A DNA stretch of 63,108 nucleotides, the filler included, from Rhabdomonas costata (Eukaryota), in assembly GCA_019059605.1 (NCBI GenBank). It is 52 parts of 52 records of this genome, joined end to end, with 100 filler letters (N's around TTAATTAATTAA, not from the genome) between each part and the next. Parts side by side here need not be neighbours in the genome. Positions count along the whole stretch, not along the records: positions 49,846 to 50,960 come from JAHMHO010027839.1; positions 51,061 to 52,175 come from JAHMHO010027840.1; positions 52,276 to 53,390 come from JAHMHO010027841.1; positions 53,491 to 54,605 come from JAHMHO010027842.1; positions 54,706 to 55,819 come from JAHMHO010027843.1; positions 55,920 to 57,034 come from JAHMHO010027844.1; positions 57,135 to 58,249 come from JAHMHO010027845.1; positions 58,350 to 59,464 come from JAHMHO010027846.1; 44 more parts are not named here. One strand, given 5' to 3'. The notes below the pieces were generated by a model that had not been told where the DNA came from, ran no database searches, and saw only the letters and a list, made by a program, of their open reading frames with translations. Position 1 is the stretch's first letter; each line of letters starts with the position of its first letter. The position numbers and the translations under genes are program-made. Positions 50,960 through 61,893 of the stretch are shown in pieces.

Positions 50960-51126
50960 ANNNNNNNNNNNNNNNNNNNNNNNNNNNNNNNNNNNNNNNN
51001 NNNNTTAATTAATTAANNNNNNNNNNNNNNNNNNNNNNNNNNNNNNNNNNNNNNNNNNNNGGGTTTTTTGTGTATGCATACATAGAAATGCATACATAGA
51101 AAACGCAAAGACAAGTGATGCCTCAC

Positions 51127-51412
51127 CTCCATGCGAGCCGCCAGGTTGACGGTCTTGCCCCAGGCGTCGAACATCGGGCGCTCCCCCGGAAGCACCCCCA
51201 TCGTCACAGGGCCCACACTGATTCCATACCGCATCGCGCACCGGAAAAGGGAGCCCTTGGTCACCGAGGGCTGTGTGGTGGTGCCCGTGACGACGCTGCT
51301 GTGGATCGAGGGCCTCTTCTTTTTCTTTTTCGCGTTGGCGTCTCGAGCAATGATGGCGCTGCGCTCTGCCATGGCCTTCACACACGCCCCGGCGTCGGGA
51401 TGCTCATACCGT
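51127..51412 (-). CDS. Class III adenylate/guanylate cyclase catalytic domain exon
   Basis: MRYGISVGPVTMGVLPGERPMFDAWGKTVNLAARME then a GTGAGG donor. Catalytic N...R is present, and Asp in FDxWG suggests adenylyl specificity. Confidence 0.9.
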
Positions 51413-52695
51413 CTGCGGAGAATACAATGCCCCCAAATAACAAAAGATGCGGAAAAACAGAGTCCACAAAGGCACCAGACCCATCCAGGCTTTCACTTCG
51501 CCCAGAAGGGAAGCCGATTAAAAAATAGGGAGTATGGAAGGAAAAACAAGCCTCACAAGCTCGTCACTGCTTCGCGTCACACCAGCAAGTGGAAGGATAT
51601 AAATGATTAAAGAATCATCAGAAGGAGAGAGAATCATCAGCAGGAGAGAGAATCATCAGAAGGATAGTCACAGACATTCTTTCAGTGGGGTCCGACACGC
51701 CTGCACTGCTGATCACAACACAATCGTAAAATTAGGCATCCAAGGAAGCAGAAAGGTCACGGAAACGGCGTCTGCGCAAACAACTTGCACAGTTAGCGTG
51801 CACAGTTCACCGAAAAAATGACTGGCATAACTTCACCCGAGCCGGCCGTAAGGTTGGGAACAATGATGGCCAGTGACTGCTAGAAGCGTGCCTCAGCGAA
51901 GCTTACTTTTGGCAACGAGTGACGGACCATCGCCGTGCAAAATGTCTACGCATGCTCCCCAGATGGAGAACCCCGAATACCGAATACCGAAATCCAATCA
52001 GAACCCCAAACTCACATACCCCCCTACTCCCCCAAAGGGGACCATCTAGCCCAATTCGGAAGGACCCTAAGACCCTTAAGATTCCCCAACACCCAAACCT
52101 TGGCTTTATAGCCAGAGTCTAACCTGACGTTACACCTCTTTCATCGAGAAAACTCAGTGAAAAACCCCAAAACCCNNNNNNNNNNNNNNNNNNNNNNNNN
52201 NNNNNNNNNNNNNNNNNNNTTAATTAATTAANNNNNNNNNNNNNNNNNNNNNNNNNNNNNNNNNNNNNNNNNNNNCTCATTGCGCACTCTCACGAAACCG
52301 CATCGAATGGACCCAAATTCATGATATACCGTACACAACCCCGCGGCACTCGTCCATAATGATACGCGTGTAAATAGTAAAAATTCAAGATGCTGATATG
52401 GTGTGTGGGACAACCGGTAGATTTGTTCTTACGTGGAAGTTTAAGGAAATGGTGGGTGACGTTTTCTTTTATTGTACTTATGCAAGCAGACAAAGTGGAG
52501 TTTTACATGTGACCTACTTCCTTTTTACGTTGCTGACACAGTCTCACTTGGCCACCACTAGACCTTACCCTTAATTAGCGGTTGTCCCACGTTCACGAAA
52601 TTTGCCCTGTCCCGTGGAGATTCCTGTGCCCCCCTCCTCCCCCCGCGAATTCTTGTGAATGTGTGCTTGAATGTGCATATGTGATGTGTGTACAG

Positions 52696-53171
52696 GTTTG
52701 CCTTCAGCAAGGACATCCGCTCGTTCGAGTGGAACGACCAGCTTGCGGCCTGGGATGCCACAGTGCACCACTTCGCCACCAACGGATCCACCTCACCACA
52801 TACCGTGTTCCCGATTGAGTGCACTTCCACCCCAGTGCTCAATGGTGACTGGTGTGGCGTGCATTCTCTCTCTCCCTCCCTCCCTCTCTCTCTCACTCTC
52901 TCTCTCTAGAAATTCCAATCGTTAGTCGAAAATTGCTTACGCGAAGTTGAAACTTTTGGTCGATTAATCGCCTCTTTTGCCGATGTTTGATTTGCATTTT
53001 TTTCGCAGGGCGAAGCCAATGGCATGCTACACGTGGCATATGCACCGGCTGGGGTTACGGTCCGGACGCTCCGGTGGCTCGAGCACCCATAATCACCATG
53101 TGGAGTTCTGGCCACAATCTCGGTGGCCGCGAGGGTTCACCTTCTTCTTCGCCGAGCAGCGCACAACGTGG
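52696..53171 (+). CDS. Two-exon fragment of an unidentified protein; exons 52696-52851 and 53009-~53171
   Basis: Phase-2 compatible GT-AG join: FAFSKDIRSFEWNDQLAAWDATVHHF...NGD(W)AKPMACYTWHMHRLG...WPRGFTFFFAEQRT. Confidence 0.5.
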
Positions 53172-54167
53172 TGCAATGTCTTCCCTCTCCCACCGTCAGC
53201 GCAAACGTAAACGCCACATGCACACACGTGGGTGCATTGTGGACAGGTGGTAGCAGTGTGATACACGTTCACTGCCTTCCTCCAGATGCGTTAGTAGGCC
53301 TTCTCATTATAAAAAAGTGAAAACAGAAATACCGTACATTCCAAAGGCCCCAATAAAAGATTCTGACATGGTTGTGATGCAACAACACCCNNNNNNNNNN
53401 NNNNNNNNNNNNNNNNNNNNNNNNNNNNNNNNNNTTAATTAATTAANNNNNNNNNNNNNNNNNNNNNNNNNNNNNNNNNNNNNNNNNNNNTTGAGGGGGG
53501 CTCAGCCTGGCCATCTGCAGACACTCGGGCACAACCTAATGGCTGCAGATGGCCAGGCTGAGCCCCCACCGCTATGGGTGGAGTCCGCATGGTACCAACT
53601 GCATGTCGAGGCCACCCTCCACAAGATATTTCTCCCAACATTCCAAATCCATCGGAAAATTTAAGCTTTTAAAGAAGTTTGCATAGCAGTTTAGAGTATA
53701 AAACCACTGCTTACAGGCACGGTTCAAACGACTTTTTCGGAGTTATTTTTTAGTGGGGGAAGAGTTTCACAAAGCGGCTTGTTAACCGGCTAATTGGATT
53801 ATATATTGAATTGCAAGCCCCTTGGAGAAATGATTCCGGACCACCGTGGCATGGTGGGACATGCGCGTGAATTTCAATGTTAAACCTGCTCCTTTTTGAT
53901 CATTGGATTTGCTGTTGATTGCTCTCATGCTCTGTGGTATGATGTGCACCATTTCGCCTTTGCATTTGTACTTCTTAAGGCCCTTCCGTACCCAAATTAG
54001 CAAGAGAGAAGCGAAACCACGTGGCACAGCCCCAGAAATTGGCTTTTCCTTTATATTTTTGTGCGCTCTAAATAGGTTTGTGTTTCTGTTGATTTTGTCC
54101 TGAAACCAAATTGCATACTTTAACTGTTGATGTTTTCTTTGTGTTCACAATGGGCTGTTCGCTCAGA

Positions 54168-54605
54168 TCATCGCGAAAGCAACGGACGCTCCGTTGCAAG
54201 CAATGCAGCGAATGCAAGGTGAAGTACTGGAGGCACAGAAGATGTTTTCCGAGCGCAGTGCCCAAGCCCAGCAGCATCTCATCGAGCAGTTGGCAACCTC
54301 ATCACAGGCAGACCCGCTCAGGAATTTGAGGGAGAAAGACCCTCAGTTCCATGCCAACACAGGCAACACAGATCACTTCCTGCCTTGGATCCTGGAGTGC
54401 CAGATCAGGAAAGAGCAGCGGAATCTGCCTGATGCTTTTGACATCCAGTGTGCACCTATCGCTATGGGAGAACACGTCATCGGGCTGTTCCAGATTGACA
54501 GAGAGTTGTAGTCCTTGGAGATATTTTCCCGGGAACTAAAGCCCAAGTTTCTCCAGCACACGAATGAGTGGCTTCGGATTGAGGATACAGCCAACTGGAC
54601 CACAA
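54168..54605 (+). mobile_element. Degenerate LTR-retrotransposon Gag-like region
   Basis: A coiled-coil is followed by PQFHANTGNTDHFLPWILEC...A..AM...(stop)SLEIFSRELKPKF, resembling the retrotransposon gag PxFxG...W...A..L...WxxFxxxLxxxF pattern. Contains an in-frame stop. Confidence 0.45.
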
Positions 54606-56197
54606 NNNNNNNNNNNNNNNNNNNNNNNNNNNNNNNNNNNNNNNNNNNNTTAATTAATTAANNNNNNNNNNNNNNNNNNNNNNNNNNNNNNNNNNNNNNN
54701 NNNNNGTGTGTGGGTTGTTTGGTTTTTGGGGGCTGGTGCTAGCAGTTGCCTCCCTTGGAGTGGAAGCAGTCTCGGGAAGGCAGGTGTGTGTGTGACCATG
54801 GTATATGATATAGACTAGCGTGTTAGAGTCTATCTTCTAGCAGACGGTCTTTAAACTTATTAGCAGGGCCATTGTAGGGCCATTTCTTTGCCTCTGTTGG
54901 TTTGAAATTACCCGTTTCCTAATATGCGTTTGCCTGATACTTGATCCTGTCCGAAATCAAGAATTAAAGCGAATGCGCCTCCTTTGCCGACTTTTTGGGA
55001 GGTCAGGTCGGTGGAAAGAAAAATTGCTCCTTTCTGTCTTCGCTCTCTCTCCAGGACGCAGTTGATGATCCAGGCGGTGCGGCTGCCCTGCCAGCCGACC
55101 TTTTGTGGGGCCAGCGGAGACAGTGCGGCGTCAGCTCCTGCTGCTGTTGGAGTGGTGGAGGCCCCATCCTGCGCAGAAGCTCCGAGTCTCCGCGCTGTCC
55201 GTACTGGAGGAGCATTGGTCCACGTTGAGGTCACTGAAGTCCAGCGCGGAGTACGCGAAGTACGAGGGGCGCAGGCGGGATGCCGTTGCCTCGGCGTGCG
55301 CGGTGGACCGGGACGGCTGCGTGGTGCTGCATACCACGGCGCCTTACTTGGAGGCAGCTCTTGCGCAAGGAGGGCGAAGAGCCTCTGGGTTACAGGTGGG
55401 CGTTCGGGTGGTGTGCTGGGAATTGTTTACGGCAACGTGGTTGAGTAACGGAGAAAAATCACTGCTGCGTCGCGGAATTTTGGCCCATTGAAACTAGCTG
55501 TGATTGGCTTATAAATTCAGCGTCCTCTTTCGCGGCCGATGCTGTTTGTAGAAGGTAGAAGGTGGAATTTCAGGTTTCTCTGATAAAGTATTCGGCTTTA
55601 AATTGAAATGTCATAATAATCTGTTTCGGTGTGCAATAGTATGCGCGTGGTATCGAGTGGAAGGTTTTGCAGGTCGCAGGGATTTTGTTTAGAAGTCGTG
55701 TTTTAGGCCTCGCTTCAACTTGTCGCCGCACCCCGTCTTTGCGGTGACATTATCACAATTTTTGCCAACTCTTTGTTTGTGTGCTTGGCGGTGCACAGGC
55801 AGAACCCGAGTTCGATGTCNNNNNNNNNNNNNNNNNNNNNNNNNNNNNNNNNNNNNNNNNNNNTTAATTAATTAANNNNNNNNNNNNNNNNNNNNNNNNN
55901 NNNNNNNNNNNNNNNNNNNTGTGGGTGTGTTTGGGGCTGGTTGTCGTCTTCACGAGCAACACTCAGAATACCAGCAACAGCGGAAGGCGAATGAGAGGGT
56001 GAATCTTTGCGCCTGTCTTCTTCCCCCAATGGTCCCTAGTTCCCCTCTTTTCAGGGAGGAAAACTGCATACCGTCGGTGTGCCCTACGTTTCAGCACCGT
56101 CGGTGTGGTCACTAGTGGCCAGTAGACAGCGTTCCGAACCAAACGCGTCTGATTCTGAGGGCGGATGGCAATGCACTACAACTGCAACATAGAGCAC

Positions 56198-57034
56198 CGC
56201 GACTTTCGACCCCGCCTTGATTTTCATGCAGAGCTTGTCCAGCACTTTCACCGTGGGGCGGGAGGGGTAGCAGAACTCGACGCTGTCCAGCTCGATCTCC
56301 AGCTCGGAGCTCCGCTCGGCCTGGGGGCTGCCCACGGGCCCCAGGGGGTGCCCATCAATCACCGCGAAAGCCGGCCCCAGGTAGCTGACGGAGTCCTGGA
56401 CTCGCCGGGCAACGTCCAGCAGCCCTCGAACTCCAACCATCACCAGAAGAGACCTGGCGGACAAGGACAAAACGCGCTGCAGGGCAGAATACAAGGTTAC
56501 CAGCGTATCACAGAAAAAGAAGAAAAAGAAAAACGAGATCAAAGAGAAAGATAAATTAGAAATTTGCACTTCGAAATTCTGACCCTTCTTCTAACCCGAT
56601 ATATTTCTTTTCACTGCACTGCAGTTGTTGGAAGGGCCGGTCGAGGGTTCGGAAGCGATGTTGCTGACCGGGTGAGAGGAAATGAGCGAGAGAGAATGGA
56701 ACCCCCGTTAGAACGGGCATTACGTGAGACAAAGAACAAATGGCAACTGGTTGCTATCGACTTCTGATTAGAAAAACCTGTGATGGCAAAAGGGTGCTGC
56801 CCACCTACAACACACCGGGCAGCAAAGGCGATCAGGTTGCCCACGGTCAGCGTTCCCTCCGCGCACATCGCGCCACACACAAGCAGCACTCTTGCGACGG
56901 CCATGTAGCCCGCCATCTGGGTGGCGCAGGTCTGCAGCGACGCGAGCAGTCCAGCCCACCCCTGGGCCCCCGCCATCTCCGAGCATAGGCGCTCGTACAC
57001 CAGCGTGTCGGCGTGCTCCTGGGAGAAGGCCTGT
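56198..57034 (-). CDS. ABC transporter, B family (end of membrane domain and start of nucleotide-binding domain); exons 56816-57034 and 56198-56453
   Basis: GAMCAEGTLTVGNLIAF...IELDSVEFCYPSRPTVKVLDKLCMKIKAGSKVA. Phase-2 GT-AG join. Confidence 0.88.
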
Positions 57035-58377
57035 NNNNNNNNNNNNNNNNNNNNNNNNNNNNNNNNNNNNNNNNNNNNTTAATTAATTAANNNNNNNNNN
57101 NNNNNNNNNNNNNNNNNNNNNNNNNNNNNNNNNNACCAGGGACCAGGGACACCAATATCCGATACAAGCGAAGTGAGAAGTTCGGGAAGGGCTAACAGTA
57201 AAAAAAAAACATGCCGCAACATGAGAAAAACCGAGGGCAAAGACGAAAAAAGACGAAAAAAAGCTGCTTTGGACCCTGACCAAGTTTCGTTGCCATTTCA
57301 GGATTAATGTCAGGATCATTCTAGGATTATTACATTGGGGTCGACGAATCCACACTCAGTTGTATGCCCTGCATTGCTCGCAGTCCTCTGGCAGGATGAC
57401 GTTCATATAGATGAGGGAAGAAATTGGTTCACCGCAGAAACCGGAGTGTTCTGAAGCAGCCTGTAAGAAGAAGCCTTGTGGTGATGTGTTGGATTTCAAG
57501 GGATTTGGACATATGTGCAAGACCCGCATGTGTTCCCGAAGGGTATAAAAACGCCAGTGACCTCCTGAAGCCAGCCTGGCCAATATGGTGAGATACAGTT
57601 GTTGCTGTTGCGGTAGTCGCTGCATCAGAACAATGACGTAGTTGTTTCTATGTGTCATCCTCTCTTCCCCGCAAGAGAGCCCAAATTTCCCTTGTTCTTA
57701 CTTTCCGCCAAAAAGAACACGCATCGAGTTGCTGCAAAAAAAAAAGCTGCAGCGCCAATGAAGTCAACAAAGAACCCCAGACGCCGAAACAAAAGCAATG
57801 AGGCGAGGGCTGGTTTTCCGGGGGGAGAGGGGGTAACACAGCTGTCGTCTCCACGGACAAACCTTACTTTCCCATCCTCTGCTTTTTAAAGACTGCGAAA
57901 AGCCCAAGGAACAACTACCCGATGGTACTCCTCGTGAAGGCAAGTGAGTTTTGGTGGAGGTGCAGTCGTCAATCGCGCAAGTGCAGTTTCCACCACTAGC
58001 CAGGTGTGCGCTTGCCCGACATTTGCACGTAGGTGAGAGCGTGCGTGTGCACCTAGTGTATGGAGCACGGAATCCTGGGTCGAAAAATAAACGAAGGGCG
58101 ATCGACGGAAGCGGGGGGGGGGACTCAATGGGGCACATTAACCTGAACAAAAGTGCACCGCCCTCCCCGAAAAACGCCTCTCATCTTTTAATCACGCATG
58201 CGTGAACATGCACTTTTTTGAACCTGAGAAAAAAATGTGCCCCAAAAACNNNNNNNNNNNNNNNNNNNNNNNNNNNNNNNNNNNNNNNNNNNNTTAATTA
58301 ATTAANNNNNNNNNNNNNNNNNNNNNNNNNNNNNNNNNNNNNNNNNNNNGTGGTGGAGTGGGCGGTGTCCCACCTAG

Positions 58378-58891
58378 CAGACCAAGGCGCTGCAGCAGAC
58401 GCACAAGGACTACAAGGTGGGACACCGCCCACTCCACCACTCTCGCTCACCCACGCGCGTCCACACATTAGCCGAGTGTTCCCATCAGGGAACCGATTGG
58501 TACACCCATTCCTGAGCAAGAATGCCTTTGTGCTTGGAGACAAGAATGGCAACCACCTCAACAGGCAATGTGCAGGAAACGCGCGCACGCACACAAGCAC
58601 ACAAGCACACACATAAATGCCCAAATTCCTGCTCAGTCGCAAACAACACACATGCGCGCACGCGCGCACACATCAACGTAGCGGGGTCAAGTGTTCAGTT
58701 GGATAGCGGTGGATTATATTATTATTAGATATTAGATATTATTATCATGGTGATTGGTGTGTGTTGGGGGTGGCATTCAGATTGGCACGGCGAAGAAGAA
58801 GGGAACCTCCCAGGCCACGGAGATGCAGATCGATGCCCTGCAGGCCCAGATCGCGTCTCTGAAAGCCCAGCTGGAGCAGCAGATGCAGTAA
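58378..58891 (+). CDS. 3'-terminal exons of a coiled-coil protein (58378-58416 tentative; 58781-58891)
   Basis: ttcAG|IGTAKKKGTSQATEMQIDALQAQIASLKAQLEQQMQ-stop with heptad leucines and GC-rich third positions. Confidence 0.5.
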
Positions 58892-60029
58892 CCGCAGGGA
58901 GGGACCCACGAGAAGGGGGATTAGAGGACTACTCAGCCCCCTTCCCTCTTCAGCCCTTCCTCTTTCTCTTCCTCCAGCGCTTGCATTCTCCACTCACCCA
59001 CCAATTCCCGCCGTGAAGTGCCCCAGCGGTCCTCTCTTGCTTCGTTGCCCGGTTCTGTTCTCATTGGATCAGAACGTTGTGTATATACGCGGTGGGCTGC
59101 ATATTTGGGCTTTCCATGGATAGAGAAGGTAAAGTTCACCGAACCACGAAAACCCAGCGTTCACCCAGTGCAAAGCACTCCAGTGCCTTCGACAATAAAT
59201 TCGTGAAACGCACATTTCTCGAAGTCCCAGAGGTTGTTTTTCACAGGACGCGAATACCAGTTAAAAATAGCCTTTGAGGATAGTGATGTTGAAGATTCAC
59301 TGTCTGCAACGAAACGATCGGTATAAGGTTAATCGGGAACCTTCCCCCATGCGTTGTTTTTTCTTATTACATCCAATGTACTGAAAAGGAAAGCAACTCT
59401 TGCGAAGCTGTCTTAGCCTTCTTCTATATTTCATGTTTGTGATGGCTTCCTTTTAACAACACAANNNNNNNNNNNNNNNNNNNNNNNNNNNNNNNNNNNN
59501 NNNNNNNNTTAATTAATTAANNNNNNNNNNNNNNNNNNNNNNNNNNNNNNNNNNNNNNNNNNNNTGTTTTGGGGTAACGGAATTTTTCATTGGCCCGGGA
59601 GCAGCGACCCGCACAATCACGGGCCAGTAGCAAGTCGGCAGCTGCGGGGCCATGTCCTCCGAGAAGATCAGCTGACCGACGCTCGGCTCCAGCCCCACCA
59701 TCCATCTTGGTGCCACATTCAGGGATCAAAGGCGCGTACGTTGGTGTACGAAGGGCGGGTTCGCTGGCGGCGGTTCCTGGGCACTTGTCGCGCGTGCTCC
59801 TCCACAGGAGGCACGGGCTCCAAAGGTCTCCACGCCTGACAAGGAGTGAGGCACAGTGGAGAGGAGACAACGGCCGTTACCCGGGGAAAGGCTTTCGCGA
59901 GGTGGTGCGCAATGCACCGGTCTCGCAGAACTGCGAGTGCCCCAAGAAATTGTTCCTAGCGAGTCGGCAACCGAGCAGCACTCACGCTCATTCACCTTGC
60001 CCAGAGCTTCAAAAAAGGGCCGATAGAGG

Positions 60030-60678
60030 GGTGGTTTCGTAAACAGCTGGATGGAAGTGCCAACCTGCAGCAGCGCATACCCCCTGGTAATGGTCTACCT
60101 TCTGCTGTGCCCTATGGTGCGCCAGACTCCCTGGTTGAGCCGCCGCTTGTGGAAGACAGGACTGCAGCGGGTTAACCAGGAAAACATCCAGTGACACCGG
60201 GCAACCGACAGAGGTGTTGACAACCAGTACGTCTGCAGGACGCAGGGCTTCGGGACAGCGGGAAACCGGTGCTTCTGCGCACTTAAAAGCTGGAGTCCTG
60301 TAGAAGCATCAGTAAGTGATCCCCGTAAGGACAGACCGGGCAAATGCGCGGGATGCGGACTCGCCAAGCGGCATGCCCAGCTAAAAGTTGAAAATGAGGG
60401 GTCCTTCAGAGCCTTGGAGCAGGGGAACCTCTGCGGAAACATTGGGGGGAAGGCACAGCCAGTCATCGGCATGTGGTGCAGTCGACAATTGGCGGAGACC
60501 AATGAGACGTGTGCTGGCTTCCTGCTCACCATGAAGGATTCGACGTTGCAGAGCTTGGTCCATCCACCAGCTTTGCTTGAGCCACTCCTCATCCAAGTTC
60601 CGGACGGGCTGAAGGATGGGTCGAGCGTACTCCTCGCCATCCGGAGTAGGGGACCCCTCTTCCTCACCCACCCAACCC
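60030..60678 (-). mobile_element. Degenerate C-terminal region and restriction-like endonuclease (RLE) of a CRE-clade non-LTR retrotransposon
   Basis: RL..LRQLSTAPHADDWLCLPP, then LRPADVLV...SLDVFLVNP...KVDHYQGVCAAAGWHFHPAVYET (RPAD..D..K..Y..C..F.P...ET). Frameshifted. Confidence 0.8.
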
Positions 60679-60780
60679 NNNNNNNNNNNNNNNNNNNNNN
60701 NNNNNNNNNNNNNNNNNNNNNNTTAATTAATTAANNNNNNNNNNNNNNNNNNNNNNNNNNNNNNNNNNNNNNNNNNNNGT

Positions 60781-61100
60781 GTGGTCAAGTGGTAAATGAG
60801 ATTTTGAAGGTGACGGATAGAGCCAGACAGATAGATGCCAAGATGGTACGGTGACAACCTCCTCGACTGTATATCCAGAAATGTCATTGGCTCTTTCCAA
60901 AACAGCGACATGAAGATCGGATTTCTATCATTCACAATGCTCGGCAACCCATGATATCTATCTGACTAATTCCCACCAAAACAACTCCGCTATATCGTAA
61001 GCATTCATCGTATTGTGGCATGGAATCAACACCACCATCTTGGCATCTATCTGTCTGGCTCTATCCGTCACCTTCAAAATCTCATTTACCACTTGACCAC
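60781..61100. repeat. Perfect ~67-bp inverted repeat anchored at the contig start, probable fold-back chimera
   Basis: 60781-60847 is the reverse complement of ~61033-61100 and duplicates integrase coding sequence. Confidence 0.85.
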
Positions 61101-61893
61101 CTCCAGAGAACTTCAATTGCTCCTCTGGCATTTTGACGAAGTCCATGGAGATTGACTCCCACTTGTTCACTAGCACCTCCAGCACTTGCATTTGGCCTCT
61201 GGACAGATGATGATCCGCCTTGCAACGTTGAAATATATAACAAGTCCGCAAGTTTCTCTTGATGTTCTTAAACACAAACCTCCTCTTTATCATCGCTGAA
61301 GTTCTAGCCACTCCCCAATGTCTTGCAGCTGGGGAATCATGATAACGCGATATAACTTCTCGCTCCCGCTGTTATGGCACCACAATCTTCCCTTTATCCC
61401 ATATACGTCCATGATGACACTTCGTCGTGTCCAGCAGCTCTGCCGTCGTCACGTTGAAGTACTTTATCCGTATAGCTGTGTCGAGCCAGTAGTCCGTCTA
61501 CCAATCGTCTGGCTTCTCTTCTGGGCCAACGCGCATGGGCGCACACAGCGGTCCGTCGAAAACCACTGACACAAAACATTCACCTTCCTGTATCGCTCCA
61601 AGGCTCGTTTCATTTAGCGGGTGACGCGACAACGCGTCCGATGCCACATTTAGTCTTCCATGAACATGAGAAATATTCAGCGAATATCTCTGCAACTACA
61701 ACATCTAACGTGTCTTGGAGACGGTCGGGGGTTCTTCTGCAGGTAGCTCAACGCTGAGTTATCCGTGTGCACTCTAACTTCTGCCACCACAAGGTAATGT
61801 ATCCACTCCTCCAATGTATCCACAAACGCAAACATTTCCTTCTCGTGGACCGGGTAATTCTTTTCTGCAGTCGACAGCTTTCTAGACCGGTAT
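60849..61893 (-). mobile_element. Degenerate Ty3/gypsy LTR retrotransposon pol (end of RNase H and integrase)
   Basis: LQRYSLNISHVHGRLNVASDALSRHP; CYIFQRCK; KWESISMDFV; KMVVLIPC; PSIVNDRNPIFMSLFW. RNase H precedes integrase, as in gypsy. Many stops and frameshifts. Confidence 0.88.

Noticed and set aside
48631-51412. Apparent gene cluster of LRR, RNR and adenylate cyclase
   Set aside because: The three genes lie on separate contigs joined artificially, so the adjacency is meaningless.
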